Part shown: piece by piece, positions 6,495 to 15,661 of the stretch
How positions within the stretch are numbered: the stretch's first letter is position 1
Layout: each line of letters begins with the position of its first letter
NCBI GenBank assembly: GCA_043759615.1
Contig: JAYVLF010000016.1
Location: 1-29,454 of the forward strand
Origin: Minisyncoccota bacterium
GTDB lineage: Bacteria > Patescibacteriota > Minisyncoccia > Phycocordibacterales > UBA5272
Direction: 5' to 3'
Length of the DNA: 29,454 nucleotides
Position numbers and translations under genes: made by a program
Notes under the pieces: model-generated
Seen by the model: only the letters and a program-made list of their open reading frames with translations
Told to the model about the DNA's origin: nothing
Database searches by the model: none

Positions 6495-9400
6495 ATGGCA
6501 TTTGAATCTATAAACTTGTCCCCAAATGAAAAAACTGGGCCTGAAACACCAAAAATAAAACTTTCTAATGGGGATTTTGTGAATCTTGAAAATAAGCTTG
6601 CAACTGATCATAATCATATTAACAAAATAGCTAATAAACTTAATGCAAAAGAGAAAATTTTCGCTCATTCTGTGAAGAGGGCAGAGGCAGTCATCTCTGG
6701 CATAAAAGAAGTGACAAAAGATGATGGGGCGGAGAGTTCTCATGATATAGAAGTATCCTCTTCAGAGTTTAGACGATTCAAATATGCTCAGCTAGATGGA
6801 AACAAGGTTAAGGGTCGTGGCGAAGAGAGGTTGGTTAAGAAAATGGGTGGAGAAATACGCAGTCGGTGGATAGAAGACAATAAAAGAATAAAAAATCTTA
6901 CCAAGAAGATAGAAGGTTATGTTGCTAGCAATCAAAGAGACCAGGAAACTATCTCTAGCTTACGTTCTGAGCTTCTTGCTGCAGAGACCCTCTTAAACAC
7001 TCACCGTGCTACTATCAAAAATTTGCGTGATGATAAAAATATATCAAAGGAGCTAAAGGCTGAAGCGATTCAATACGCAAATGAAGATGCTGAACAGATA
7101 AACAAACTTACTGGGGTCTTAAATATGACTGAGTCAATAAAAACTGAAAAAGAAAATAATATAGAGAACAAAAAAGATCCTGAGTTTAAATTTTTGCAGC
7201 TAGAGGAGTTAGCAAAAGAGGCATCCAAAGACTATTCAGAATATCCGGCAATAAGAAAATATATCTCAAAAAGTCGTGAGATGAACCACAGTCTCGGGTA
7301 TAAAAACAAAACTGAGCTTTTAAGTGATTTTCACGAGTTAGACATGGCTGAGATAGAGATGCAGTTCCGAAGAGCAAAAAAAGCTCAGCAGAAGCTAAAA
7401 GATAGAATAGAAAGTATTCATGTTATGAATAATGGTCAAAAAGTTGCTTTTGAAAAAGAGTTAGCACATTTAAAAAATTTACAATCTCATGCATATAACA
7501 CAGTCAACAATCAACTAAATAACTTTTTGGATTTACTGAGAAATAAGTCACTAGAGCTAGTGACTAGCGACAAAACTACAACCACATCAAACACCTCGCA
7601 AACAGAACTAGTATCTCCTTTTACTCCACCCATCGTCGACACATTTACGGATGACACATCAACTGAGCCGACACAACCAGAAGACCCCATAACAACTGCA
7701 GAACATGAGGTTCAGATAGAAAGCGCTACCAGTCTAAGTCAGATCAAAAATAGAGTAGCCGTCAATAACTTAAAATTTTCTCGTGCTCAGACTGCACTAT
7801 ATAGTAAAAAGACTGTTGATGGATATACAGAGTTTAAAAGAGAGTTATCTGAGATAGTGGTGAACCTAAACTCTCTCGCAGAGGATATTGCTGATCTAGA
7901 ATTTCAAAAAGAAGAATTCGTAGCAAATAAGAGTGGAACACCAGAAACCCCAGAGCAAAAAGGAAAGAGGAGTAAGAGAAATGAAGAGTCTAGGAAAAAG
8001 TTTGAGTCTGAGAAAACTACACTAAATGATAAGGTGACCAGACTAACAGGTGAGATAAACAAAATCATCGGCGGAGGCAAAAGTCTCGAAGACATAATCA
8101 AAGAAATAGGAGTTAGTAACGCTGACAAGCTGATTAAAATATCTGACAAAGCAAAACTTACAAAAGCAGAGGCTGACGAAGTTCTAAGTGAGATCAAAGA
8201 AGCTTTGAAAAAGAAATCTACCGATAAAGGTTTCTCTGACTCTGAGAAGATGGACTTTGAAATTAAATTATCTATACTGAGCTCTGAAGAGGCTAAGCAC
8301 AAAGAAAGCCTAAACAAAATAACTCCGAACAGGGGCAATATCGTAGAGGCAGCCAGATACGGTGTAGCCACTACGATACTACTATCTATATCTGAGACGA
8401 TATCTAAAGCCCAGGAAACACTAGAAAAGAAAAACGAAATCTCAGCTGACGAGAAATTTGAAAAGTACCAAAAAGCCCTAAAAGAAGAAAGGGTGAAGAT
8501 GGTAGCCAAGAAACTAGAAATACAGAAATTAGATCTCGAGTACAAGGCTGGAGTAGAGGAAGAAAAGATTGCTAATAAAAAAGAAAAGCTCTCTATACTC
8601 GCCCAAGTGGAAGCAGAGAAGAAGCTCGCCAAAGCCGAACATAGGAAACCAAATCTGACTGGTATAGATACTGCCGCACTAAAGGTGCTCAGACCTCTTC
8701 GTAGATTTTTCCAATTTAAACACAAAGCTTACAAGCTAAATCGTGAGAGTCTTTGCAATGAGGCAAGGGGACTTATGGATGAGGTGACTTATAACTATCA
8801 TCATCTTGCAGAGTTCGAAGGGGTTGAGTTAAATGAAGAGAACAGTGTGAACTTCATAAAAACTTTTGCACGTAGTCCTAACTTCAAAAACAAAACTGAA
8901 ACTAAATACGAGATAGACTCTACGAGTGATGTGATCACAGAGAAGGGGGCGCTAAGAAAGAGCTTTGGGGATATGCTAGGAAACATGTTAGAAGATGGTA
9001 ATGGCTGGGGAGCGGTAGGGGCTGGACTCGTTATGGGAGCAGCGATAGGAACTGCGGCTGTAGTGGGTGGAACAAAGAGTCTTTTCACAAAAAATCCAAA
9101 TGGATCAGCACCAGTAACAGCAAGCAAGAACGCGTCTCAGACAGCAAACTCTATCAATCATCCAGCGCCAGAGGCTAGCACTCGTAACTCCGGAGCAAGA
9201 ACTGCAGCCTATATAGGTGGCGGAGCTGGAGTAGGTGCGGCAGCGGTAGCTCTCGCAATGTCAGGAGCAGCCGCACAAGCACCAACCGCAGACACCACGA
9301 AAATCCTGACAACAACATCGACAACAACTCCTGCAGCAGCAACAGCAACTCCGAAGAAAACTTTTAGTATAAAAGAAAAGGAAAATACCCTACACTTTGC

Positions 9401-9791
9401 AGATCAAGATAAGAACTTTACTATTCGTCAGATGAAAAACCCTGATGGCTCTACAGATATAGTTCTCGACATGCCCGCCAACTATGCGGATGACAACAAT
9501 ATGGCCGCAAGATATGAGCACGCCAAAGACTCTCTAGTAAAAGAGATATTAACAAACCCAGAACTAAAAAGCTACAGAGATCAAATATCTAAAAATGGTA
9601 AGCTCCTGATAAATACGGGACGAGAGACAAATATCATAGTTCCTATGACTATCAATATCTCTGACGTAGGGAACAAAGTGGAAACTGTAGCAGAGGCGAA
9701 CTTTGAGAATCCTGCGATGATAAAACTAGCCGCGGACAGGGTGGCAAATAGATTTGGAGAGGGTTATAAATCTTACAAATACACAGCATAA
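6495..9791 (+). CDS. Large hypothetical protein: K/E-rich coiled-coil region, two Gly/Ala-rich hydrophobic segments, Thr-rich linker, C-terminal domain
   Basis: Open for more than 3.2 kb. Start 6495 (MAFES..., after TATAAT 6474-6479) preferred over 6438. Confidence 0.85.
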   Translation: MAFESINLSPNEKTGPETPKIKLSNGDFVNLENKLATDHNHINKIANKLNAKEKIFAHSVKRAEAVISGIKEVTKDDGAESSHDIEVSSSEFRRFKYAQLDGNKVKGRGEERLVKKMGGEIRSRWIEDNKRIKNLTKKIEGYVASNQRDQETISSLRSELLAAETLLNTHRATIKNLRDDKNISKELKAEAIQYANEDAEQINKLTGVLNMTESIKTEKENNIENKKDPEFKFLQLEELAKEASKDYSEYPAIRKYISKSREMNHSLGYKNKTELLSDFHELDMAEIEMQFRRAKKAQQKLKDRIESIHVMNNGQKVAFEKELAHLKNLQSHAYNTVNNQLNNFLDLLRNKSLELVTSDKTTTTSNTSQTELVSPFTPPIVDTFTDDTSTEPTQPEDPITTAEHEVQIESATSLSQIKNRVAVNNLKFSRAQTALYSKKTVDGYTEFKRELSEIVVNLNSLAEDIADLEFQKEEFVANKSGTPETPEQKGKRSKRNEESRKKFESEKTTLNDKVTRLTGEINKIIGGGKSLEDIIKEIGVSNADKLIKISDKAKLTKAEADEVLSEIKEALKKKSTDKGFSDSEKMDFEIKLSILSSEEAKHKESLNKITPNRGNIVEAARYGVATTILLSISETISKAQETLEKKNEISADEKFEKYQKALKEERVKMVAKKLEIQKLDLEYKAGVEEEKIANKKEKLSILAQVEAEKKLAKAEHRKPNLTGIDTAALKVLRPLRRFFQFKHKAYKLNRESLCNEARGLMDEVTYNYHHLAEFEGVELNEENSVNFIKTFARSPNFKNKTETKYEIDSTSDVITEKGALRKSFGDMLGNMLEDGNGWGAVGAGLVMGAAIGTAAVVGGTKSLFTKNPNGSAPVTASKNASQTANSINHPAPEASTRNSGARTAAYIGGGAGVGAAAVALAMSGAAAQAPTADTTKILTTTSTTTPAAATATPKKTFSIKEKENTLHFADQDKNFTIRQMKNPDGSTDIVLDMPANYADDNNMAARYEHAKDSLVKEILTNPELKSYRDQISKNGKLLINTGRETNIIVPMTINISDVGNKVETVAEANFENPAMIKLAADRVANRFGEGYKSYKYTA

Positions 9792-9795
9792 ATAT

Positions 9796-10056
9796 ATGTT
9801 CAAAACTTTATCAAAAATATTCATAGAAGACGATGTTTACAAAGCCTTTGAAGAGAAGCTTTCACCTATGACTCTCCGTGATTTCTGGGCGCTGGACAAA
9901 GTTCCTGCTGGAGTAGAGCCGAAATTGATGGCTTATACTTCTGACTATGTGCGCGAAGGCTTTGAGCATTTCAAAAATAAGAACAAGGAGGTGTTAGACG
10001 ACGAGATGACAGTGGGAGCATTCCTCACTGCCTACGAAGTGAGTCTGATGAGCTAG
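9796..10056 (+). CDS. Small hypothetical protein (86 aa)
   Basis: ATG 4 nt after the upstream stop; fills the gap to the pcrA promoter. Confidence 0.7.
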   Translation: MFKTLSKIFIEDDVYKAFEEKLSPMTLRDFWALDKVPAGVEPKLMAYTSDYVREGFEHFKNKNKEVLDDEMTVGAFLTAYEVSLMS

Positions 10057-10058
10057 TA

Positions 10059-10067
10059 TGCTATAAT
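10059..10067 (+). promoter_or_regulatory. Extended -10 promoter of pcrA (leaderless)
   Basis: TGCTATAAT, 7 nt before ATG 10075. Confidence 0.7.
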
Positions 10068-10074
10068 GTTTCGC

Positions 10075-12015
10075 ATGAGTAAACATGTGAACCTAAACGA
10101 GAAACAGCTGGAAGCCTCCAAACATATAGAGGGACCGCTACTGATACTCGCAGGAGCTGGAGCTGGCAAAACCAAAACCATAACAGAGAGAGTGGTAGAG
10201 ATAGTAAAGAGTGGCACAGACCCGAGAAACATCCTGTGTGTAACCTTTACAAATAAAGCTGCCAAAGAAATGCGTGAGCGTATTATAGGTAGACTAGAAG
10301 AAGAAAAGCTTTATGATGAATACACTATAGCTCCGACCATCAAGACATTTCACAGTCTTGGGCTCTGGATATTAAAAAGAGAGAGTGGGGAAGCGGGACT
10401 AAAAAAGGACTTTGTAATACTCGACTCAGCTGACAGTAGGAGTATAGTCAAAAATATACTAGAAGAGATGAGCTACGATATCAAAGTATATGAGCCAACA
10501 AAAATCCGAAATGCGATAAGCAGAGAAAAAGGTGACTTTGTCAGCGTAAAAGACTATGCCGAGAAGACTAGTAGTTTCACTATGGAGGTGGTGACTAAAG
10601 TTTGGAAAAGATATGAGGAGGAACTACATATCCAAGGAGCAGTGGACTTTGATGATCTGATAATAAGAACAGTGAATCTGCTGCGTGAGAGTGGGGAAGT
10701 GAGGGTCAGATATCAGAAACTATTTAAGTATATACATATAGATGAGTATCAAGATACGAATAATTCTCAGTATGAATTTGTAAAGCTTCTTGTCGACGAT
10801 AACACCCACAATATATGCGTGGTAGGGGATACGGATCAAAATATCTACAGTTGGCGTGGGGCGAATTTGAAAAACATCATGACCTTTGAGAAAGACTTTG
10901 CCGAAAATGTGACAGGGAAGAAGTTCCAAGTTTCAAATGTTTTACTGGAAGAAAACTATAGATCAAGCGGAAACATCCTGTCAGTAGCGAACAATGCTAT
11001 CAAGAAAAATACGATTCGAAAAGATAAGAATCTGTTTACAAATGCGGGTGAGGGAGAGGAGATCGAGATTATGCCAGCATGGGATGGAGACAGTGAAGCC
11101 GAGTGCGTGGCTCTCAAATGTAAAGATCTGATAGAGGCGGGGGCTGCCGCTAGTGACATAGCTGTGCTATACAGGACAAATTTCCAATCGAGAGCAATAG
11201 AAGAGAAGATGCTAAATCACAATGTAGAGTACACAGTACTCGGGACTAGATTCTTTGAGCGTAAAGAGGTCAAGGACATGCTCAGCTATCTGAGATGCGC
11301 ATTGAACAGAGAAAGTCTCGTAGACCTCAAAAGGGTATTTGAAACTCCAAAGAGGGGAATAGGGAAGACGACTATCGCCAAAGTCTTTGCACGTGAACCA
11401 TTGCCTCCAGCCGCCCAGAAAAAGGTCGCAGAAGTTATGAACTTCCTCGATGAGATCAAGAGGCAAAGCGAAGCTTTGCCTCTATCCGAACTCTTTACTC
11501 TCATACTCACTGATAGCAGTATAGAAAAGGAGTTGCGTGATGATGGTGAAGACGGCATGGAGAGACTAGCAAATATAAGTGAGCTGATAACTCTATCTGA
11601 GAAATATGAGACCCTGGGAGAATTCCTAGAGCTGGCTAGTCTATCCAGTGATCAAGATGACGACAAAAAGGAGGTCACAGGAGTGAGGTTGATGACTATA
11701 CACGCCAGCAAAGGACTAGAGTTTGAGTATGTTTTCATAGTCGGGCTCGAAGAAGATCTTTTCCCCGCCAAAAACTTTAGTGGCAAGAAGAGGAGTAAAG
11801 AAGAAGAAGAAGAAGAACGAAGACTGTTCTATGTGGCGGTTACTCGAGCCAAGAAAAAGCTGTTCTTATCCTTTGCCGAGATGAGACAGATATTTGGACA
11901 GACCAATATCGCCCCACCGAGCCAGTTCCTGCTCGACGTACCTGATGATATCTCTATATATCATGATATGTATTTCAAAAAACACGAGCGTGGTGGCAAG
12001 ATAGTTTATATTTAG
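10075..12015 (+). CDS. pcrA: UvrD/PcrA family SF1A DNA helicase
   Basis: LNEKQ Q-motif, LILAGAGAGKT, TFTNKAAKEM, IDEYQD, VGDTDQNIYSWRGA, NYRS, MTIHASKGLEF, EERRLFYVAVTRAK. Start moved to 10075. Confidence 0.95.
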   Translation: MSKHVNLNEKQLEASKHIEGPLLILAGAGAGKTKTITERVVEIVKSGTDPRNILCVTFTNKAAKEMRERIIGRLEEEKLYDEYTIAPTIKTFHSLGLWILKRESGEAGLKKDFVILDSADSRSIVKNILEEMSYDIKVYEPTKIRNAISREKGDFVSVKDYAEKTSSFTMEVVTKVWKRYEEELHIQGAVDFDDLIIRTVNLLRESGEVRVRYQKLFKYIHIDEYQDTNNSQYEFVKLLVDDNTHNICVVGDTDQNIYSWRGANLKNIMTFEKDFAENVTGKKFQVSNVLLEENYRSSGNILSVANNAIKKNTIRKDKNLFTNAGEGEEIEIMPAWDGDSEAECVALKCKDLIEAGAAASDIAVLYRTNFQSRAIEEKMLNHNVEYTVLGTRFFERKEVKDMLSYLRCALNRESLVDLKRVFETPKRGIGKTTIAKVFAREPLPPAAQKKVAEVMNFLDEIKRQSEALPLSELFTLILTDSSIEKELRDDGEDGMERLANISELITLSEKYETLGEFLELASLSSDQDDDKKEVTGVRLMTIHASKGLEFEYVFIVGLEEDLFPAKNFSGKKRSKEEEEEERRLFYVAVTRAKKKLFLSFAEMRQIFGQTNIAPPSQFLLDVPDDISIYHDMYFKKHERGGKIVYI

Positions 12016-12021
12016 ATATTT

Positions 12022-12030
12022 TGCTACAAT
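12022..12030 (+). promoter_or_regulatory. Extended -10 promoter of rsmA (leaderless)
   Basis: TGCTACAAT, 7 nt before ATG 12038. Confidence 0.65.
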
Positions 12031-12037
12031 AGGCCTC

Positions 12038-12856
12038 ATGATAAAGATACAAGCTAAAAAGTCCCTCGGTCAAAACTTCCTAAAGAGTGAGGCGGCTTTG
12101 GCGGCTATAGTTGAGTGTAGTGAACTTAGCTCGTCCAATGTCGCCCTCGAGATAGGGCCAGGCACAGGGATACTCACTGAGAGGATTTTAAATACTGGAG
12201 CCGAAGTCATCGCCATCGAGAAAGACGATAGATTGATAGAATTACTAACTGAGAAGTTTAAAAGTTTCGTAGATGTGGGTAAATTTACTCTTATCCACGC
12301 CGATATCATGGATATAAACATCAAAGCTTTATTAGAGGGGCAGGGTGCAAAAAATAAAAACAGAGACTTTAAGCTCGTAGCCAACATACCCTACTATCTT
12401 ACTGGAGCCATCATGCGTAAATTCATAGATGAGAATCTGGCAACCAGTATGACACTCCTGGTCCAAGACGAAGTGGCGAAACGCGTTGTCTGCAGGGATG
12501 GCAAAGAAAGTCTACTGTCACTCTCGGTAGAGAGCTACGGCAAAGCCAAATACGTGAAAAAGGTGCTAGCTGGGAGTTTTGTCCCCGCACCAAATGTCGA
12601 CAGCGCGATAATTTATATAAAAAAAGATACTGAGTCTATATTTAAGAACGAAAATGAGAGGGAGCTATTTTTCAAACTCATACATGCTGGTTTCGCTCAC
12701 AAAAGGAAAACTATGATGCATAATCTGAAAATAAATAGTGAAGAATACTGGCCGAACATTGCAAAGGTATTTGAAAATCTGAATATAGACCCGAAAATTA
12801 GAGCCGAAGATGTGAACATGAACTCTTGGATGAGAATCGTACATGCTATAATATAG
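12038..12856 (+). CDS. rsmA: 16S rRNA adenine dimethyltransferase RsmA/KsgA
   Basis: KKSLGQNFL, EIGPGTGILT, IEKDDRL, VANIPYYLT, FVPAPNVDS, FAHKRKT. Confidence 0.96.
   Translation: MIKIQAKKSLGQNFLKSEAALAAIVECSELSSSNVALEIGPGTGILTERILNTGAEVIAIEKDDRLIELLTEKFKSFVDVGKFTLIHADIMDINIKALLEGQGAKNKNRDFKLVANIPYYLTGAIMRKFIDENLATSMTLLVQDEVAKRVVCRDGKESLLSLSVESYGKAKYVKKVLAGSFVPAPNVDSAIIYIKKDTESIFKNENERELFFKLIHAGFAHKRKTMMHNLKINSEEYWPNIAKVFENLNIDPKIRAEDVNMNSWMRIVHAII
12844..12852 (+). promoter_or_regulatory. Extended -10 promoter embedded in the last codons of rsmA
   Basis: TGCTATAAT, 6 nt before ATG 12859. Confidence 0.6.
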
Positions 12857-12858
12857 CA

Positions 12859-13728
12859 ATGCAACTAGATCACAAAAAAATACTGATTTCTATCCTGGTA
12901 GCGCTTTCTGCTGCTGGGCTTATGTATCTAGCTTATGACTACTACAGTAACAGCACTAACAATATTACAAAAAACAATGGGGGTCAGCTAATCTCCCTAG
13001 AGACATTTAATCAAGCTCTCGAGAGACCAGAGGACAATGAAATACTAAACAGTATCGTCAGCGCAAATGGTGGTCCAGCTGAATATGCAAAGTCTGTAGG
13101 ACCATATGACCCCATGAACACTAACCTAACCGAGGGCATGGCTCGTGACCTATATATAGCCGCACAATACTCGTCCATAGACAAAGTCGTAAACTCACCG
13201 GAGCTTATGGCTGCTGCTCTCGACAAGAGTCTCCGTGATTATACTGCGGTTCCGGTTAACTATCAGATAAAAACTTCTGACAAGATGACTCTCTCTGAGA
13301 TACGCACATATGGTAATGGTGTAGGGGCGATGCTAAAATATTTCACCATCATCACGCCTGCCTTACTCATCTCAGCTGATGATATTATAAACAATAAAGC
13401 GACACAGAGACTGGCAAAGCTAACTGAGCTTGCACAAAAAGCGACAGACCTCTGCTCAATGTACACACGCTCTGCTCTGGTGCCTATAGAGATATCTGAT
13501 ACACACAAGAAACTCCTAGCCGAGTGTGATACATTAGCAAATATCGCCGTTGCTCTCTCTCAGAGAGGTGAGGATCCGCTAAAGCTAGTTATAGAGATAC
13601 CAAAGTTCGCAAATGTCGCTACCGAGACCAAGACTCTAGCCAAAGCCTATGATGTCTATCTAGACGGTAAGAGGATATTTTATAAACCTGAAGAACCGGG
13701 CTACAGCATCAGCCTAAACGCTAATTAA
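12859..13728 (+). CDS. Hypothetical N-terminally anchored membrane protein, helical ectodomain (first gene of T4SS-like cluster)
   Basis: TM KKILISILVALSAAGLMYLAY right after ATG 12859. The track start 12826 overlaps rsmA. Confidence 0.8.
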   Translation: MQLDHKKILISILVALSAAGLMYLAYDYYSNSTNNITKNNGGQLISLETFNQALERPEDNEILNSIVSANGGPAEYAKSVGPYDPMNTNLTEGMARDLYIAAQYSSIDKVVNSPELMAAALDKSLRDYTAVPVNYQIKTSDKMTLSEIRTYGNGVGAMLKYFTIITPALLISADDIINNKATQRLAKLTELAQKATDLCSMYTRSALVPIEISDTHKKLLAECDTLANIAVALSQRGEDPLKLVIEIPKFANVATETKTLAKAYDVYLDGKRIFYKPEEPGYSISLNAN

Positions 13729-13741
13729 CAATCTCAAAAAC

Positions 13742-15583
13742 ATGAAAAACATCTTAATCAAATATATAGCCAGCATAATGATGATCACAGGACTCCTCTT
13801 CGCCCCGACCACGCCACTACTATCACCTCCACCAAAGGCTGAAGCTCAGTTGGCGGTTTTTGATATTCCACTAACCATTGGATCTATCGGAGCCTGGATA
13901 ACACAAAATATTTGGTCCGCAGCTCAAGCAGCCCTTCAGTATTATGATAGCATCATGTCAACTAGTGGCTGGTTAAATGAATGGGTAATAAAACCACTGA
14001 TAAAAGCGGCCAGAAAGAGTCTGATAGATCAGATAAAAAATCAGACGATAACTTGGATCAATACTGGGTTCAAAGGTAAACCGCTATTCATGACTGACCC
14101 ATCTCAACTTGCAAAGAACATGGCTACTGAGCAGCTAACCCTGATAAAAAAACAAGTGCTCGATGGAGTAGGTGGAGTTGCCAATGAACTCAGATATGCA
14201 AACAAAGAGATAGCGAAGAGTCTGGTGATAGAAGCTAGATCAAGCAAGACCGCACTGTCAAAAGCCCTAACCCCTACCAAGGATAAGGTTATCGCTGAGA
14301 GTCTCTGTGCTGATGATAATATGATAAAGACCGTGGCAAAAAGATCGGGACAGACGGAGGCAGAAGTGCGTACCACATACTGTGGCACAGAGAATAGTAA
14401 AGAGAAATATGACGCGCTGACAAACTGTTTCGCTTATGACTTTAACTGTGGTGGCTGGGGAGCCTTCCTCTCTCTCACTCAGAACCCGGTAAATGATGAT
14501 CAGCAGAGACTTGCAGTAGCCAAGAACTCACTGGAGAGCAGCAAGGTTAGTGAATCAAAGAAAACTGAGACTGAACTCATCGCCAATGGAGGATTTTTCA
14601 ACATGAAAACCTGCTCTGAGAGATCAGAGCCTACAGCAGCCCAAAAAGAAAACGGGGACCCCGGTATATGTATCAAATACATAAGCCAAACCCCAGGAAC
14701 AGCAGTCAGAGACTCTCTCACTCAAGTGGTACAAGATCCTATATCTCAACTACAACTCGACGATGATATAGCCTCTGCGCTCTCAGAAATAGCATCGGCC
14801 TTTATAAGCTCTGTTATGACAAAAGGCCTGACAGCGATCAATGGTGCTGTAGCTGAGGCTTCAGCTATGACAGAAGCCTGTATAAATGAGCGTCAGACGG
14901 AGATCAGTAATGCCATAAATGGTGTGACCACCACCAAAAAGGTGGCCTCCAAGTGTGGAGATGGAGAAAGTGGTGTTAATCTAAAAGACGGTGTTGATTG
15001 GAAAACCATAGCAACAGCTATCAAGAATAAGCCTACCACAAGTAAAGAGATACTCGCTGCAAAAAAGGCTGGCAATGACTATTCAGACTCTATAGAATTA
15101 GAAGCTGATGGTGCCTCTCAGGCCGCCAAAAAAGATAAAGAACTCGAACTCATGGTTAGTAAGTTAGATGGCACTTGTCAGGGGGCCTATCAGGGGAGCG
15201 TGGTTGCTCCTGAGCACGCAGAGCGTATAGCATCTCGCAACAAATCTCTAAAGATATATGGCTACCCGATCACAGGAGATGATGCTGTAGACAATTTGCC
15301 TCTAGGTGGTGGAGGGGTTGATGGTGGCATATACTTTGAGGGACTCTTTGGTTTTGAAACCGATGCGAATTGTAAGATAATAAAAGGAGAGTTTATCATC
15401 TATGGCATAGAAATACCTACTGGGTCTGTGAATCCTGACGGTAGTTATCAGGCTATATTTGATGGTCTCGAGGTAAACATGAAGACTGATGGCACTAGGA
15501 TATTTGGTATAGTAAATGAGTACGGATATCCTCATGCTAGAGGATATATGGAAGGAGTCTTTACACCAATGAAGAAAATTTAA
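13742..15583 (+). CDS. Exported Cys-containing protein, possible VirB5/TrbJ-like minor pilin or adhesin
   Basis: Signal peptide ending AEA, mature N-terminus QLAVFD, multiple Cys, directly upstream of the VirB6-like gene. The CDS is solid; the function is inferred. Confidence 0.75.
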   Translation: MKNILIKYIASIMMITGLLFAPTTPLLSPPPKAEAQLAVFDIPLTIGSIGAWITQNIWSAAQAALQYYDSIMSTSGWLNEWVIKPLIKAARKSLIDQIKNQTITWINTGFKGKPLFMTDPSQLAKNMATEQLTLIKKQVLDGVGGVANELRYANKEIAKSLVIEARSSKTALSKALTPTKDKVIAESLCADDNMIKTVAKRSGQTEAEVRTTYCGTENSKEKYDALTNCFAYDFNCGGWGAFLSLTQNPVNDDQQRLAVAKNSLESSKVSESKKTETELIANGGFFNMKTCSERSEPTAAQKENGDPGICIKYISQTPGTAVRDSLTQVVQDPISQLQLDDDIASALSEIASAFISSVMTKGLTAINGAVAEASAMTEACINERQTEISNAINGVTTTKKVASKCGDGESGVNLKDGVDWKTIATAIKNKPTTSKEILAAKKAGNDYSDSIELEADGASQAAKKDKELELMVSKLDGTCQGAYQGSVVAPEHAERIASRNKSLKIYGYPITGDDAVDNLPLGGGGVDGGIYFEGLFGFETDANCKIIKGEFIIYGIEIPTGSVNPDGSYQAIFDGLEVNMKTDGTRIFGIVNEYGYPHARGYMEGVFTPMKKI

Positions 15584-15605
15584 AGAAAATCAAGATAACA
15601 CAGAG

Positions 15606-15640
15606 ACAGTATGTTCATACGACATACTGTTTTTGTTTTT
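15606..15640 (+). terminator. Intrinsic terminator between the exported-protein gene and the VirB6-like gene
   Basis: 9-bp stem ACAGTATGT (15606-15614) / ACATACTGT (15622-15630) followed by TTTTGTTTTT. Confidence 0.7.
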
Positions 15641-15657
15641 TATATGTTAAAATATAA
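15638..15657 (+). repeat. 20-nt promoter-region element TTTTATATGTTAAAATATAA, copy 1
   Basis: Identical to 22289-22308; contains TGTTAAAAT (extended -10). Confidence 0.7.
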
Positions 15658-15661
15658 ACAA

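Noticed and set aside
7904-8725. 273-aa minus-strand ORF
   Set aside because: Ser/Phe/Leu-rich antisense shadow of the K/E-rich coiled-coil gene; no promoter or family features.
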